64,000 bases of DNA from NCBI GenBank assembly GCA_013003425.1, contig JABDJB010000006.1, forward strand, positions 8,248 through 72,247. The letters run 5' to 3'. The position numbers were made by a program, and so were the translations under genes. The stretch comes from Gammaproteobacteria bacterium (GTDB taxonomy: Bacteria; Pseudomonadota; Gammaproteobacteria; Steroidobacterales; JABDKV01). The notes beneath the pieces were generated by a model, which saw only the letters and a list, made by a program, of their open reading frames with translations, was not told the origin of the DNA and ran no database searches. Of the stretch, positions 17,849-27,983 are shown one piece after another (position 1 is the first letter of the stretch; every line of letters begins with the position of its first letter).

Positions 17849-20170
17849 TCACCTGCCGGGTTGAACTAAAGCGCAGCGGGGACGCCAGAAGCGTGCATTC
17901 CTGCAGCGATGCCGGCTGATGCCGATTTCTCCATGCCTTGACACATGAGCTGAAATGGCGCCGGCATTGGCAGTCAGGTAGACGGCCGCACCCGCATCCT
18001 GCCAGCGCTGCACGACTGTGGCGCCGGGCAAGCCCCACTGATTCGTCTTGTTAACCGAAACCAGCACATGACTCGCGCCGGTTGCCGCTACAAAACCTGC
18101 CGTGGACGATGTCTTGCTGCCGTGGTGCGGAGCTGCCAGCAGTGCACAGCGCAGCCGGTCATACCGGCGCGCTACCAGATTGCGTTCCGCTGCAGCTTCG
18201 ATGTCGCCGGTCAGCAGCACGCAGGATTTACCATTGCTGATACGGACCACACAACTGGCATCGTTACCGGTCCAGCCGTCACCAGCCGGCGGGTGCAACA
18301 CATCAAATGCCAGGCCATCCCAGAACCATCGCTGCCCGCGTTGACACCGCACCTTGTTTGCGACGCCACTACCCAGCACCCTGGCAGCAGGAAAATCGGC
18401 CAGGACCTCATCCAGGCCACCGGCATGATCATTATCGGAGTGACTTACAACAACGCGATCAACCGCGGCATTCCCCTGCAGCCGCAGGAATGGCCTGATA
18501 GCGCTGCTGTATGCGCTGCGCCCGCTGCGCCAGCGCGGACCCGTATCGTATAGCAGCACGTGCCGCCGGGTACGCACGACTATCGCCAGTCCGTGACCGA
18601 CATCCAGCATTGTCAGTTCGAATGCCCCGGGTGCGGGCCTGTGGTCCGCCGGCAACACTGCAGGCAGCAGCATCAGTAACCCCAGCCAGCGGGCCGGCCA
18701 GCCACGCGGAGCCAGCAGCCAGGCACTGCCAATTACCGCAATAAAAAGCACTGAAGCGGGCACGTGCGAAGGGTAGTAAACCAGCGCTTCGAAGTTTGCG
18801 ACCCACTGCAGCGCGGGCCATACACCATCCAGCAACGCGGCTGCCCGGGCCAGCACCAGCAAACCGGTTTCGGCATGCAGGAAGAAAACAACGACTCCGC
18901 CAAGCACCAGCGGTATCAGAACCAGACTGAAAAGCGGCAGCAACATCAGATTCACCAGCGGCGCAGCCAGCGCAACCTGGCCGAACAGCAGAGACAGCAA
19001 CGGTGCCAGACCGACAAAAACTGCCAGCTGCGCGGACCACAGCCGCCGTAACCATGAACCGTCGCCACCACCTGCATAGAGCAGGACTACGACGGCAAAG
19101 AACGAAAGCCAGAAACCCGCTTCCAGCGGTGCCAGCGGATCGAACACCAGTACCAGCAACAACGCGGCCGCCAGTGCCTGGGCTGGCCGGGCATCGCGCC
19201 TGGAAAGCCGGCACAACAACAGGACCAGCACGACCAGCAGGGCGCGCCTCGTCGGAATGGTAAAACCTGCCAGTGCGGCATAGCCGACCGCGAGCAGTGC
19301 GGATAGTCCGCAGCCCAACAGGATGCCGCGACGCGACAACCCGCCCAGCAACGTGCCGCCAAGGTAGCCAAGCCCGGCGACGATACCAATGTGCAGACCG
19401 CTGATCGCAACAAGGTGGCTCAGACCCGTGTTGCGCAGCACCTGCCAGTGGCCGTCACTCAGATGCTGGCGGTCACCAATTGCCAGGGCAACAACCAGGG
19501 CGCCGCCAGTATCCGATTTAAGTCCCGCCGCCAGCTGCCGCGACAGGCGGTCGCGCTGAGATGCCAGTAACAAGGTACTGCCGGTAGCTATCCGCCGGTT
19601 TTCAGAGCCGCGGACATAGCCGCTGGCGGCAAGCCCGGAACGAAAGGCGAAATCCGCACGGAAGCGTCGGCCAGGGTTGGCCAGCCCGTGCGGCGCACGC
19701 AAGCGCACATCGAGTTGCCACAAGTCGCCCGGGCGTGGTGGCGTCACACCGGCCGGGAATTCGTACCAGCGCAGCCAGACACGGCGCAGGCCTGCTCCAG
19801 GCAGTTTTGCTTCAGCGACAAATCCGAGTGTCGAACCGTCCCGCTGCACGACATCAGCGACACGTACAACTACCTGCGTGTCGAGCGTGCCCTCGAGCGG
19901 CAGGCCGACCAGCTGCCGGTGCGCAACGATGTGCGTCCAGGCAAAACCCGCCAGCAATGTCGCAGCAAACATCGCAGCGGGCGTGCGACGCCATGCCGCG
20001 AGCGCAATGGTCAACGCCGCCACGAGGATCACCAGCGCATCCGGTAACAACTGTGGCAGCGCGAAAACTGCAGCACTGCCAGCAAGAAAACCGACAGCCA
20101 CCAGCGGTAAATCGAATCGGCGCCACACTGCGCGACTGTGACCGGCGAACGCGGCATGAACCAGCCGCAT
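17849..20170 (-). CDS. comEC: DNA internalisation-related competence protein ComEC/Rec2
   Basis: 773 aa. Polytopic competence domain plus C-terminal metallo-beta-lactamase domain (VSHSDNDHAGG). Confidence 0.85.
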   Translation of the reverse strand: MRLVHAAFAGHSRAVWRRFDLPLVAVGFLAGSAAVFALPQLLPDALVILVAALTIALAAWRRTPAAMFAATLLAGFAWTHIVAHRQLVGLPLEGTLDTQVVVRVADVVQRDGSTLGFVAEAKLPGAGLRRVWLRWYEFPAGVTPPRPGDLWQLDVRLRAPHGLANPGRRFRADFAFRSGLAASGYVRGSENRRIATGSTLLLASQRDRLSRQLAAGLKSDTGGALVVALAIGDRQHLSDGHWQVLRNTGLSHLVAISGLHIGIVAGLGYLGGTLLGGLSRRGILLGCGLSALLAVGYAALAGFTIPTRRALLVVLVLLLCRLSRRDARPAQALAAALLLVLVFDPLAPLEAGFWLSFFAVVVLLYAGGGDGSWLRRLWSAQLAVFVGLAPLLSLLFGQVALAAPLVNLMLLPLFSLVLIPLVLGGVVVFFLHAETGLLVLARAAALLDGVWPALQWVANFEALVYYPSHVPASVLFIAVIGSAWLLAPRGWPARWLGLLMLLPAVLPADHRPAPGAFELTMLDVGHGLAIVVRTRRHVLLYDTGPRWRSGRSAYSSAIRPFLRLQGNAAVDRVVVSHSDNDHAGGLDEVLADFPAARVLGSGVANKVRCQRGQRWFWDGLAFDVLHPPAGDGWTGNDASCVVRISNGKSCVLLTGDIEAAAERNLVARRYDRLRCALLAAPHHGSKTSSTAGFVAATGASHVLVSVNKTNQWGLPGATVVQRWQDAGAAVYLTANAGAISAHVSRHGEIGISRHRCRNARFWRPRCALVQPGR

Positions 20171-20205
20171 TTCTATACGGCGGCGGCAGATTTAACGTGA
20201 AAATA

Positions 20206-20913
20206 TCAGCCGTCAACCGACGCTGGACGCAGCACTCCCTCCTCGAGCGTGAGGATGCGGTCCATGTGGCGGGCGATTCGCATGTCGTGGGTAACCACCA
20301 CCAGGCTGGTGCCCAGTTCGCGATTCAGTTCGAGCATCGTCTCGAATACCCGGGCACCGGTGCGGCCGTCGAGATTGCCGGTTGGCTCATCGGCCAGCAC
20401 CAGCGCCGGCCCGGTGATCAGAGCACGGGCAACTGCTGCACGCTGCCGCTCACCGCCCGACAGCTGCGCCGGCTTGTGTTCCAGGCGCTCGCCCAGCCCT
20501 ACCCGCTGCAGCAGGTCGGCTGCCTGTTGGCGCGCCTTTGCCACTTCGACGCGGCGAATGAGCAGCGGCATGGCGACATTTTCCAGCGCGCTGAATTCCG
20601 GCAACAGGTGATGGAACTGATAGACAAAACCCACCCTGCGGTTGCGCATTTCGCCGCGTTCGGCATCGCTGAGCTGGCTCAGGTCGCGGCCATTTATAAA
20701 GATGCGGCCGGAGGTGGGATCGTCCAGCCCGCCCATAATCTGCAGCAACGTAGTTTTGCCGCTACCGGATGCACCGATAATCGAAATCCTCTCCCCGGGC
20801 GCCACGTCCAGTTCGATGTCCCGCAGCACCTCAAGGCGGCCGCTGGCCTGCGGATAACTGCGAGAAATATTCTCACAGCGCAAAGCCAGATCGGCGGGAC
20901 CGGCATCATTCAT
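20206..20913 (-). CDS. lolD: lipoprotein-releasing system ATP-binding protein LolD
   Basis: 235 aa. GASGSGKTTLL, LSGGERQR, and immediately downstream of two LolC/E permeases. Confidence 0.9.
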   Translation of the reverse strand: MNDAGPADLALRCENISRSYPQASGRLEVLRDIELDVAPGERISIIGASGSGKTTLLQIMGGLDDPTSGRIFINGRDLSQLSDAERGEMRNRRVGFVYQFHHLLPEFSALENVAMPLLIRRVEVAKARQQAADLLQRVGLGERLEHKPAQLSGGERQRAAVARALITGPALVLADEPTGNLDGRTGARVFETMLELNRELGTSLVVVTHDMRIARHMDRILTLEEGVLRPASVDG

Positions 20914-22153
20914 GACGCAATGCCTCGGCCGGGCGGGTGCGGGCCGCGCGCCAGGCGGGGTAAATGGTGGAAAGCAGTGCCAGCAGAAATGCGGTCAGCG
21001 CAATTTGTGTAACGTCGGTTGCTTCGATGCGCGCCGGCAGGTCACTTAGAAAATAAACTTCGGGCGATACCAGCTCGGTGTGCAGCAGGCTTTCCAGCCA
21101 GCGCACTATTGCTTCGATGTTGAGAGCGCCAAGAATACCCAGAACCACGCCGAGCAGTGTACCGATCGCGCCGATCAATGTCCCCTGCACCATAAACACA
21201 CTCATAATGCTGCCTGGCGATGCGCCGAGTGTACGCAGGATGGCGATATCGCTGCGCTTGTCTTTTACCACCATTACCAGCGTGGAAACGATATTGAATG
21301 CGGCCACACCGACGACCAGGAGCAAAATTATAAACATCACTGTCTTGGTCAACTGGATGGAACGAAAGAAATTGGCATGCTTGCGCGTCCAGTCGCTGAC
21401 AAAAACCCCCCCGCCGATCTCGCGCGCGACCTGGGTCACGACCTGCGGCGCCTGGTACATGTCCGCCAGGCGCAGACGCACGCCGCTGACGGCATCACCG
21501 AGCCGGTAAAGCTTTGCCGCATCTTCCAGGTGCACAAAGGCCAGGCCACGATCAAACTCATGCATGCCGGCGGAAAATATGCCGGTCACGGTGAATCGAC
21601 GCATGCGTGGCATGATCCCTGCCGGCGTCACGTTGGCACGTGAAATAAGCAGCAAGACCTTGTCACCAACAGCCACCCCAAGCACTTCGGCCAGCGCGGC
21701 ACCGATAAGAACCCGATACTCGCCAGCAACGAGATCATCAGGACTGCCCTGCTGCATCAAACCGCCAAGCGTTGAAACATTTCGTTCCGCCACCGGGTCC
21801 ATGCCGCGAACCAGTACGCCGCTGAGCAGCTCACCGTTAACCAGCATGCCCTCGCCTTCTATAAATGGCGCTACGGCCGTGACGCTTTCGTGCTCGAGCG
21901 CGTGCGCCTGTACCGCACGCCACTGCGGCAGCTTGTCGTCAAAACCCGTAATCGTGGCGTGCGAGGCCAGCGCCAGTATCCGCTCACGCAGCTCACCTTC
22001 AAAACCGTTCATGACTGACAGCACCACGATCAGCACGGCGACGCCGATTGCAATGCCAAGCATCGATATCGCTGAAATAAACGAGACAAAGCCGCTGCGT
22101 GTTTTTGGCCGCACATAGCGAATACCAACCAGCAATTCGTACAGCTGCTTCAT
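20906..22153 (-). CDS. lipoprotein-releasing system permease, LolC/LolE family (second copy)
   Basis: 415 aa. MacB-like FtsX permease with N-terminus LVGIRYVRPK. I cannot assign C versus E from the sequence alone. Confidence 0.85.
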   Translation of the reverse strand: MKQLYELLVGIRYVRPKTRSGFVSFISAISMLGIAIGVAVLIVVLSVMNGFEGELRERILALASHATITGFDDKLPQWRAVQAHALEHESVTAVAPFIEGEGMLVNGELLSGVLVRGMDPVAERNVSTLGGLMQQGSPDDLVAGEYRVLIGAALAEVLGVAVGDKVLLLISRANVTPAGIMPRMRRFTVTGIFSAGMHEFDRGLAFVHLEDAAKLYRLGDAVSGVRLRLADMYQAPQVVTQVAREIGGGVFVSDWTRKHANFFRSIQLTKTVMFIILLLVVGVAAFNIVSTLVMVVKDKRSDIAILRTLGASPGSIMSVFMVQGTLIGAIGTLLGVVLGILGALNIEAIVRWLESLLHTELVSPEVYFLSDLPARIEATDVTQIALTAFLLALLSTIYPAWRAARTRPAEALRHE

Positions 22154-23391
22154 TCGTAGCGCAACGCTTCAGCCGGGTGAGTCTTTGCCGCACGCCGGGC
22201 TGGATAGATAGTCGCTACAACTGACAGGACCAGTGCCGCCAGCACAATCAGTCCGACTTCCGGCCAGCGCAGGTCAGATGGAACAGACGTAATGTAATAA
22301 AGGTCTTTCGGCAACAGGTTGATACCCAGCCAGCTCTCCATCCGCGGCAGCAGGTTTTCGACGTTGAGTGCCAGGCTGACGCCGGCCACCAGACCCAGCG
22401 CGGTGCCAATCAGGCCAATCAGAGTGCCCTGCACCATGAAAATCCGCATGATGCCGCCCGGCCGCATACCCATGGTGCGCAGGATCGCAATGTCGGTGCG
22501 CTTGTCACCCACAACCATCACCAGGGTTGCGACTATATTAAATGCCGCAACCGCGACGATCAGCAGCAGGATGACAAACATCATCGCTTTTTCAATCCGG
22601 ATAGCGCGGAAGTAGCTGGACTGCTCGCGTGTCCAGTCACTGACGCGCAGTTCGGGGTTGAGGCTGGCAGCCAGCTCGTCAGCCACCTGCCCGGCGCGAA
22701 AAATATCGCTCAGCGTCAGCCGGACGCCACTGACCTGCCCTTGCGGCAAGCCGACAAGATCCGCAGCATCTTCGATATGCATCAGCACGCTGGACGAATC
22801 ATGCTCGGCGATACCCACCTCGAAAACGCCTGCAACCCTGAACCGCCGCAGCAGGGGCGCGATAGAACCATTGGCCGAGCTGCGGGGAATCATCACCGTA
22901 ATTTCGTCGCCCTCGATCACGCCGGCTGTCCGGGCCAGTTCGGCACCGATAATCAGCCGGTCGGAGCCAGGCTGCAGCGTGTCCAGCACCGCGGCGTCGA
23001 CCGCTCCTGCGAGCGTCTGGCTGCCGGCCGCCGGGTCCAGCCCGCGAATAATCACCCCATTGAGATTAACGCCGTTGACCAGCAGCGCCTCACCATCGAC
23101 AAAGGCGGTGGCGTCACTGACCAGGGGATGTGCCGCCACCCGCTCCACTACCCGCTGCGGTTCGGCAAGTCCACGACCCGGCCCGCTGACTGTCACGTGC
23201 GCGGTCAGGCTCAGCAGCCGGCCACGCAGTTCATTGCCGAACCCGTTCATCACGGAAATCACCACGATCAGCGTCAGGACGCCAACCGCGATCCCGAGCA
23301 GCGAGATGACGGAAATGAAGGAAACGTACAGGTTGCGCTGCCTGGCACCGAGGTAGCGCAACCCCACGAACAGCTCGAGCGGGTGGAACAT
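22150..23391 (-). CDS. lipoprotein-releasing system permease, LolC/LolE family (first copy)
   Basis: I chose the internal start MFHPLELFVGLRYLGARQR at 23391 (413 aa), which parallels the paralogue's N-terminus. Confidence 0.85.
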   Translation of the reverse strand: MFHPLELFVGLRYLGARQRNLYVSFISVISLLGIAVGVLTLIVVISVMNGFGNELRGRLLSLTAHVTVSGPGRGLAEPQRVVERVAAHPLVSDATAFVDGEALLVNGVNLNGVIIRGLDPAAGSQTLAGAVDAAVLDTLQPGSDRLIIGAELARTAGVIEGDEITVMIPRSSANGSIAPLLRRFRVAGVFEVGIAEHDSSSVLMHIEDAADLVGLPQGQVSGVRLTLSDIFRAGQVADELAASLNPELRVSDWTREQSSYFRAIRIEKAMMFVILLLIVAVAAFNIVATLVMVVGDKRTDIAILRTMGMRPGGIMRIFMVQGTLIGLIGTALGLVAGVSLALNVENLLPRMESWLGINLLPKDLYYITSVPSDLRWPEVGLIVLAALVLSVVATIYPARRAAKTHPAEALRYE

Positions 23392-23630
23392 CGGCGGGAT
23401 TAAAGCACAGAGCGGCCCGGCTGCGGGGCCGCCGCGGCAGCGCAGCATCCTCTTAGGAACCGATAGTTAGCGCTGCCTGCCGGGTTGGCTAAAACCATAT
23501 TTTTTCCAGATCCCTCAGTATCTTGTATCACTAATCTTAGCGCACTTGTGAACAATATTCCCCAGGCTGGAGTTGCAAAAATCCATTGAGTAGCTGGCGC
23601 TGATTGGTATATTTTGACGCCTCCCCGGTT

Positions 23631-23933
23631 ATGAAGACACCCTGGATGCTGAAAAGACCCCTAGGCGTTGCCGCCCTGATTGTTCTGTTTGCCGCGGCGG
23701 TTACCGCGATCGGGCAGACGCTGCTCAGCGAACCCACACAGATCGGGTTGAACCAGTCCATTCCCACCCGCGGAATGACCATGGAATCGGTCGAGGCCAG
23801 CTACGGCAGCCCGACATCACGCCGGGCACCGGTGGGTGATCCGCCGATCACGCGCTGGGAATACCAGCAATTTATCGTCTACTTCGAGTACAAGCGCGTC
23901 ATCCATTCCGTGGCCAAGCGTCCGGCCAGCTAG
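23631..23933 (+). CDS. small secreted hypothetical protein (possibly BamE/SmpA-OmlA-like fold)
   Basis: I chose the start at MKTPWMLKRPLGVAALIVLFAAAVTAIG, a signal-peptide-like N-terminus. The C-terminal block is YGSPTSRRAPVGDPPITRWEYQQFIVYFE. Confidence 0.5.
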   Translation: MKTPWMLKRPLGVAALIVLFAAAVTAIGQTLLSEPTQIGLNQSIPTRGMTMESVEASYGSPTSRRAPVGDPPITRWEYQQFIVYFEYKRVIHSVAKRPAS

Positions 23934-23964
23934 TCTTCACTGCCAGCCTGTATAGTCCCGGCTC

Positions 23965-26900
23965 ATGAGACCGGAGGGAAATCTTTTTGCCGGTGCCACA
24001 CGGTTGCCGCCTGCCGGGCCGGCACGATGGGGCGGGCTGTATGGATGCGCCGCGTCGCTGGCGCTGGTCGAAGCCGCCGGCAATCATGCCGGGCCGCTGC
24101 TGGTCGTGGGCCATGATGTTCGCCAGGTCGAGCGATTACTGACCGAGCTGCGGTTTTTTGCCGGTGAGCACCTGCCGGTGCTCGAATTTGCCGACCTTGA
24201 GAATCTGCCCTACGACATCTTCTCGCCGCATCCCGACATCATTTCACGCCGCCTGTCGACGCTTGCCCGGCTGCCTACCCTGGAGCGCGGCATCGTGGTG
24301 GCCTCGGCTGCCGCGATGCTGCAGCGCCTGCCCCCTGTGGAATACGTCACCAGCGGCAGCCTGCTGTGTCGGCGCGGCGACAACTTTGATCTGCCGCAAT
24401 GGCAGAGCCGGCTTGAACGCGCCGGCTATCGTCACGTCAGCCAGGTGATGGAGCATGGCGAGTTCGCGGTGCGCGGTTCACTGATCGATATCTTCCCGAT
24501 GGGTGGCGACAGCCCGGTACGAATCGACCTGTTCGACGATGAAATCGACAGCATCAGAGGTTTTGACCCGGGCACACAGCTGTCAGGCGATCGCCACGAA
24601 TCAATACAGGTGCTGCCGGCACGCGAATTCCCGATGAATGAAGCGGCCATCAGCGGGTTTCGTCAGCGCTTTCGCCGTCACTTTGAGGGCGATCCGACAC
24701 GCAGCAAGATCTACAGCGAAGTTTCCGACGGCATTACGCCGGGCGGTCTGGAGTACTACCTGCCGCTGTTTTTCGATTCCACCGCGACGCTGCCGCAGTA
24801 TCTGCCCCCGACTGCCCTGGTGGTACGCGATGAAGACGTCGATGGCGCCCTGGCCGCCTACATGGCAGATACCCTGCAGCGCTACGACCAGCGGGCCCAC
24901 GATGTGGAACGGCCGCTGCTGCCGCCGAAGCTGGCATTTGTCACCGAAAAAGAACTTGCCGAAGCGCTCGACCGCTTCGGGCAACTGACGTTCAGCGCCG
25001 TCAAGCAACCCTCTGCAGCGGCAAACTTTCCCAGCCAGGCGCCTCCCCCACTCGAGATCAGGGCACGGGCCGCGGACCCGACACAGACATTGCGCGGGTT
25101 TCTCGATCGCTACGACGGCCGGGTGCTGTTTGTCGCCGAATCAGATGGCTACCGTGAATCAACGCTTGACCTGCTGGCACCCCACGGCATCCGGCCGGTA
25201 CGCGTGGCCGGCTGGAGTGAATTCCTTGAAACGAGCGAGCGCTTTGCCATCACTACCGCCGGGGTTGAGCGCGGCCTGCTGCTCGATGATGTCGCGCTGG
25301 TCGTTGGTGAGCAGTTGTTCGGCAAATCAGCGCGAGCCGTGCAACGGCGCCGCCCGTCGCGCGACCCGCAGACAATTATTCGCGATCTCACCGACCTGCG
25401 GCCCGGGGCGCCGGTGGTGCACGAAGAGTATGGTGTCGGCCGCTTCATTGGCCTGCAGAATCTCGAGGTTGCCGGCGTGAGTAACGAGTTTCTCACGCTT
25501 GAATACGCTGAAGGCGACAAGCTGTATGTCCCGGTTCATGCGCTGGATCTGATAAGCCGCTATACCGGGAGCGCGCCGGAAACTGCGCCACTGCACAAGC
25601 TTGGCAGTGACCAGTGGCAGCGTGCGCGCAAGCGCGCGGCAGAACGCATACGTGACGCCGCTGCCGAGCTGCTGGATGTCTACGCCCGGCGTGCCGCACG
25701 CTCGGGCCGCGCATTCAGCACGACAGAATCCGAGTATCGCGCGTTTGTTCAGGGCTTTCCGTTTGAAGAAACGCCGGACCAGGCATCCGCCATCGAACAG
25801 GTTATCGGCGATTTACGCTCCAGCCGGCCGATGGATCGTGTTATTTGTGGCGATGTTGGCTTTGGTAAAACTGAAGTCGCGTTACGGGCCGCATTCTATG
25901 CAGTCCATGGCGGCGCGCAGGTCGCAGTGCTGGTGCCGACCACGCTGCTTGCCCAACAACACCTGCAGACTTTTCGTGACCGCTTTGCCGACTGGCCGGT
26001 ACGCGTTGAAATGCTGTCGCGTTTCGGCACCGGCAAGGAAAACACGGCAGTGATTGACGGTCTGGCGGCCGGCACGGTTGATATTGTCATCGGCACCCAC
26101 AAGCTGCTGCAGAGAAAGGTGGCTTTCAGGGACCTGGGCCTTGTCATCATCGACGAAGAGCACCGATTTGGCGTTCGCCACAAGGAAAAACTCAAGGAAC
26201 TGCGCGCCGAGGTCGACGTGCTGACACTAACGGCCACACCCATCCCGCGCACGCTGAATATGGCCATGGGTGGCGTGCGCGACCTGTCACTGATCACGAC
26301 GCCACCAGCAGAACGGCTGGCGGTAAAAACATTTGTCAGCGAATGGAATGACGCCACGCTGCGCGAAGCCTGCGTGCGCGAGATTCGTCGCGGTGGCCAG
26401 GTGTTTGTGGTGCACAACCGCGTTCAAAGCATACCGCGCGTGGCCGAGCGCATCGAAGAGCTGGTACCGGAAGCAGATCTCCGTATCGCGCACGGTCAAA
26501 TGCGCGAAAAAGAGCTCGAACAGGTAATGCTCGATTTTTATCACCGCCGTTTCAGCGTGCTGGTCTGCACCACAATCATTGAAAGCGGGCTCGACGTACC
26601 TACGGCCAACACCATAATCATCGATCGCGCCGATCACCTCGGCCTGGCGCAGCTGCACCAGCTGCGCGGCCGGGTAGGTCGTTCGCATCATCGTGCTTAT
26701 GCCTACCTTGTAACACCGCCACGCCAGTCGCTCACCGCCGATGCCATAAAGCGGCTCGAGGCAGTGGAATCGACTGAGGATCTTGGCGCGGGTTTTGCCC
26801 TTGCCACTCATGATCTCGAGATACGCGGCGCCGGCGAGCTGCTGGGCGAGGAACAGAGCGGGCAAATACATGAGATCGGCTTTTCCATGTATATCGAATT

Positions 26901-27438
26901 ACTGGAACGCGCCGTATCCGCAATGAAAAGCGGCCAGGAACCCGACCTGATGGAACCTTTGCATCGCGGGCCTGAGGTCGACCTGCACACGCCCGCCCTG
27001 CTGCCTGATGACTACCTGCCGGATGTACACATGCGCCTGGTGCTGTACAAGAGAATTGCCAGCGCCACCAATGCCGCTGACCTGCGCCAGCTGCAGGTCG
27101 AGATGATCGACCGCTTCGGTCTGCTGCCGGACGCTGCAAAACACCTGTTCCGGATTGCACAGCTGAAGCTGGCCGCGGCCCCACTCGGTATCGAACGACT
27201 CAGTGCCGGTGCCCGTGGCGGCTTTATCGAGTTCGGGGCGCGCACCACCATCGACCCGCATGAACTGGTGCGACTGGTTCAGGATGATCCCGAGCGTTAC
27301 CAGCTGGACGGACCGGCACGCCTGCGTTTCAGCCGCGAACTGGCTGAATTTGAAGACCGGGCCGACTATGTTGAGAAACTGCTCACGCAGCTGGCAGCCA
27401 CCGAAAGCCCCGTCACGGCGTCCGATCGTTTAAACTGA
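23965..27438 (+). CDS. mfd: transcription-repair coupling factor
   Basis: 1157 aa. Superfamily-2 helicase motifs (GDVGFGKTEVA, DEEHRFG) and a TRCF C-terminal domain. Confidence 0.95.
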   Translation: MRPEGNLFAGATRLPPAGPARWGGLYGCAASLALVEAAGNHAGPLLVVGHDVRQVERLLTELRFFAGEHLPVLEFADLENLPYDIFSPHPDIISRRLSTLARLPTLERGIVVASAAAMLQRLPPVEYVTSGSLLCRRGDNFDLPQWQSRLERAGYRHVSQVMEHGEFAVRGSLIDIFPMGGDSPVRIDLFDDEIDSIRGFDPGTQLSGDRHESIQVLPAREFPMNEAAISGFRQRFRRHFEGDPTRSKIYSEVSDGITPGGLEYYLPLFFDSTATLPQYLPPTALVVRDEDVDGALAAYMADTLQRYDQRAHDVERPLLPPKLAFVTEKELAEALDRFGQLTFSAVKQPSAAANFPSQAPPPLEIRARAADPTQTLRGFLDRYDGRVLFVAESDGYRESTLDLLAPHGIRPVRVAGWSEFLETSERFAITTAGVERGLLLDDVALVVGEQLFGKSARAVQRRRPSRDPQTIIRDLTDLRPGAPVVHEEYGVGRFIGLQNLEVAGVSNEFLTLEYAEGDKLYVPVHALDLISRYTGSAPETAPLHKLGSDQWQRARKRAAERIRDAAAELLDVYARRAARSGRAFSTTESEYRAFVQGFPFEETPDQASAIEQVIGDLRSSRPMDRVICGDVGFGKTEVALRAAFYAVHGGAQVAVLVPTTLLAQQHLQTFRDRFADWPVRVEMLSRFGTGKENTAVIDGLAAGTVDIVIGTHKLLQRKVAFRDLGLVIIDEEHRFGVRHKEKLKELRAEVDVLTLTATPIPRTLNMAMGGVRDLSLITTPPAERLAVKTFVSEWNDATLREACVREIRRGGQVFVVHNRVQSIPRVAERIEELVPEADLRIAHGQMREKELEQVMLDFYHRRFSVLVCTTIIESGLDVPTANTIIIDRADHLGLAQLHQLRGRVGRSHHRAYAYLVTPPRQSLTADAIKRLEAVESTEDLGAGFALATHDLEIRGAGELLGEEQSGQIHEIGFSMYIELLERAVSAMKSGQEPDLMEPLHRGPEVDLHTPALLPDDYLPDVHMRLVLYKRIASATNAADLRQLQVEMIDRFGLLPDAAKHLFRIAQLKLAAAPLGIERLSAGARGGFIEFGARTTIDPHELVRLVQDDPERYQLDGPARLRFSRELAEFEDRADYVEKLLTQLAATESPVTASDRLN

Positions 27439-27443
27439 GCCGC

Positions 27444-27983
27444 ATGTCCAGGTACCTCGCCATATTGCTGGCACTTCTTGCCACATCGCTTGCAGCGGAA
27501 GAAGCACCGGCGCCGCCGCAGTTTGACATCGAGCTGATAGTTTTCCGTCACCTCACCCCGGACGATTCGGAGTTGCAGGTCGAGCGCAACGAGGAAGATG
27601 AAGAGCAACGCATCCGGCGTCGTCGCTTTCCACCGCTGGCGCCCGAAGAGCTGCGGCTGGGCAACATCAGCCAGAAGCTGCTGCGCTCACGTGACTGGTC
27701 ACCAATACTTCACTACGGCTGGCGCCAGCCGGTCGAAGGGCGAGAGGATGCGCCGGCGGTATCGGTCGCAGGTAACCGCCGTGGCGGCTACGCGGCCGGC
27801 ACAGTGCGGGTATCGCTGGAGAGATTCCTGCGTCTCGAGCTGGACCTGCAAATGGACCCGGGCACCGGCATCAGCTACACGCTGCAGCAGGCGCGACGGC
27901 TACGCAGTGGCCAGATCCACTATTTCGATCATCCACAATTTGGCGTCATTGCCCTGATCAGCCGGGCACCGTCTGACGGCTAG
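27444..27983 (+). CDS. CsiV-like (DUF2803) periplasmic peptidoglycan-associated protein
   Basis: 179 aa. Signal peptide, then QFDIELIVFRH and C-terminal IHYFDHPQFGVIALI blocks as I recall for the CsiV family. Starts 5 nt after the mfd stop. This is recollection, not a search. Confidence 0.45.
   Translation: MSRYLAILLALLATSLAAEEAPAPPQFDIELIVFRHLTPDDSELQVERNEEDEEQRIRRRRFPPLAPEELRLGNISQKLLRSRDWSPILHYGWRQPVEGREDAPAVSVAGNRRGGYAAGTVRVSLERFLRLELDLQMDPGTGISYTLQQARRLRSGQIHYFDHPQFGVIALISRAPSDG

Noticed and set aside
19735-21012. Long antisense ORFs opposite well-supported genes: 425 aa opposite comEC/lolD, 56099..57253 opposite eno, 43973..44941 opposite sdhA, 38155..38964 opposite lepA, 54168..54881 opposite smr, 11750..12506 opposite rne
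   Set aside because: These are typical GC-rich shadow frames. They are Arg/Ala/Pro-rich, have no recognisable motifs, and each fully overlaps a gene with strong family signatures.
23392-23630. AT-richer 240-bp divergent spacer between the LolC/E permease and the small secreted protein, checked for an sRNA, a tRNA or a mobile-element end
   Set aside because: There is no cloverleaf-type structure, no inverted terminal repeats and no conserved sRNA motif I recognise. It is best explained as two divergent promoters, for example TTGAGT-N16-TATATT facing the plus-strand gene.
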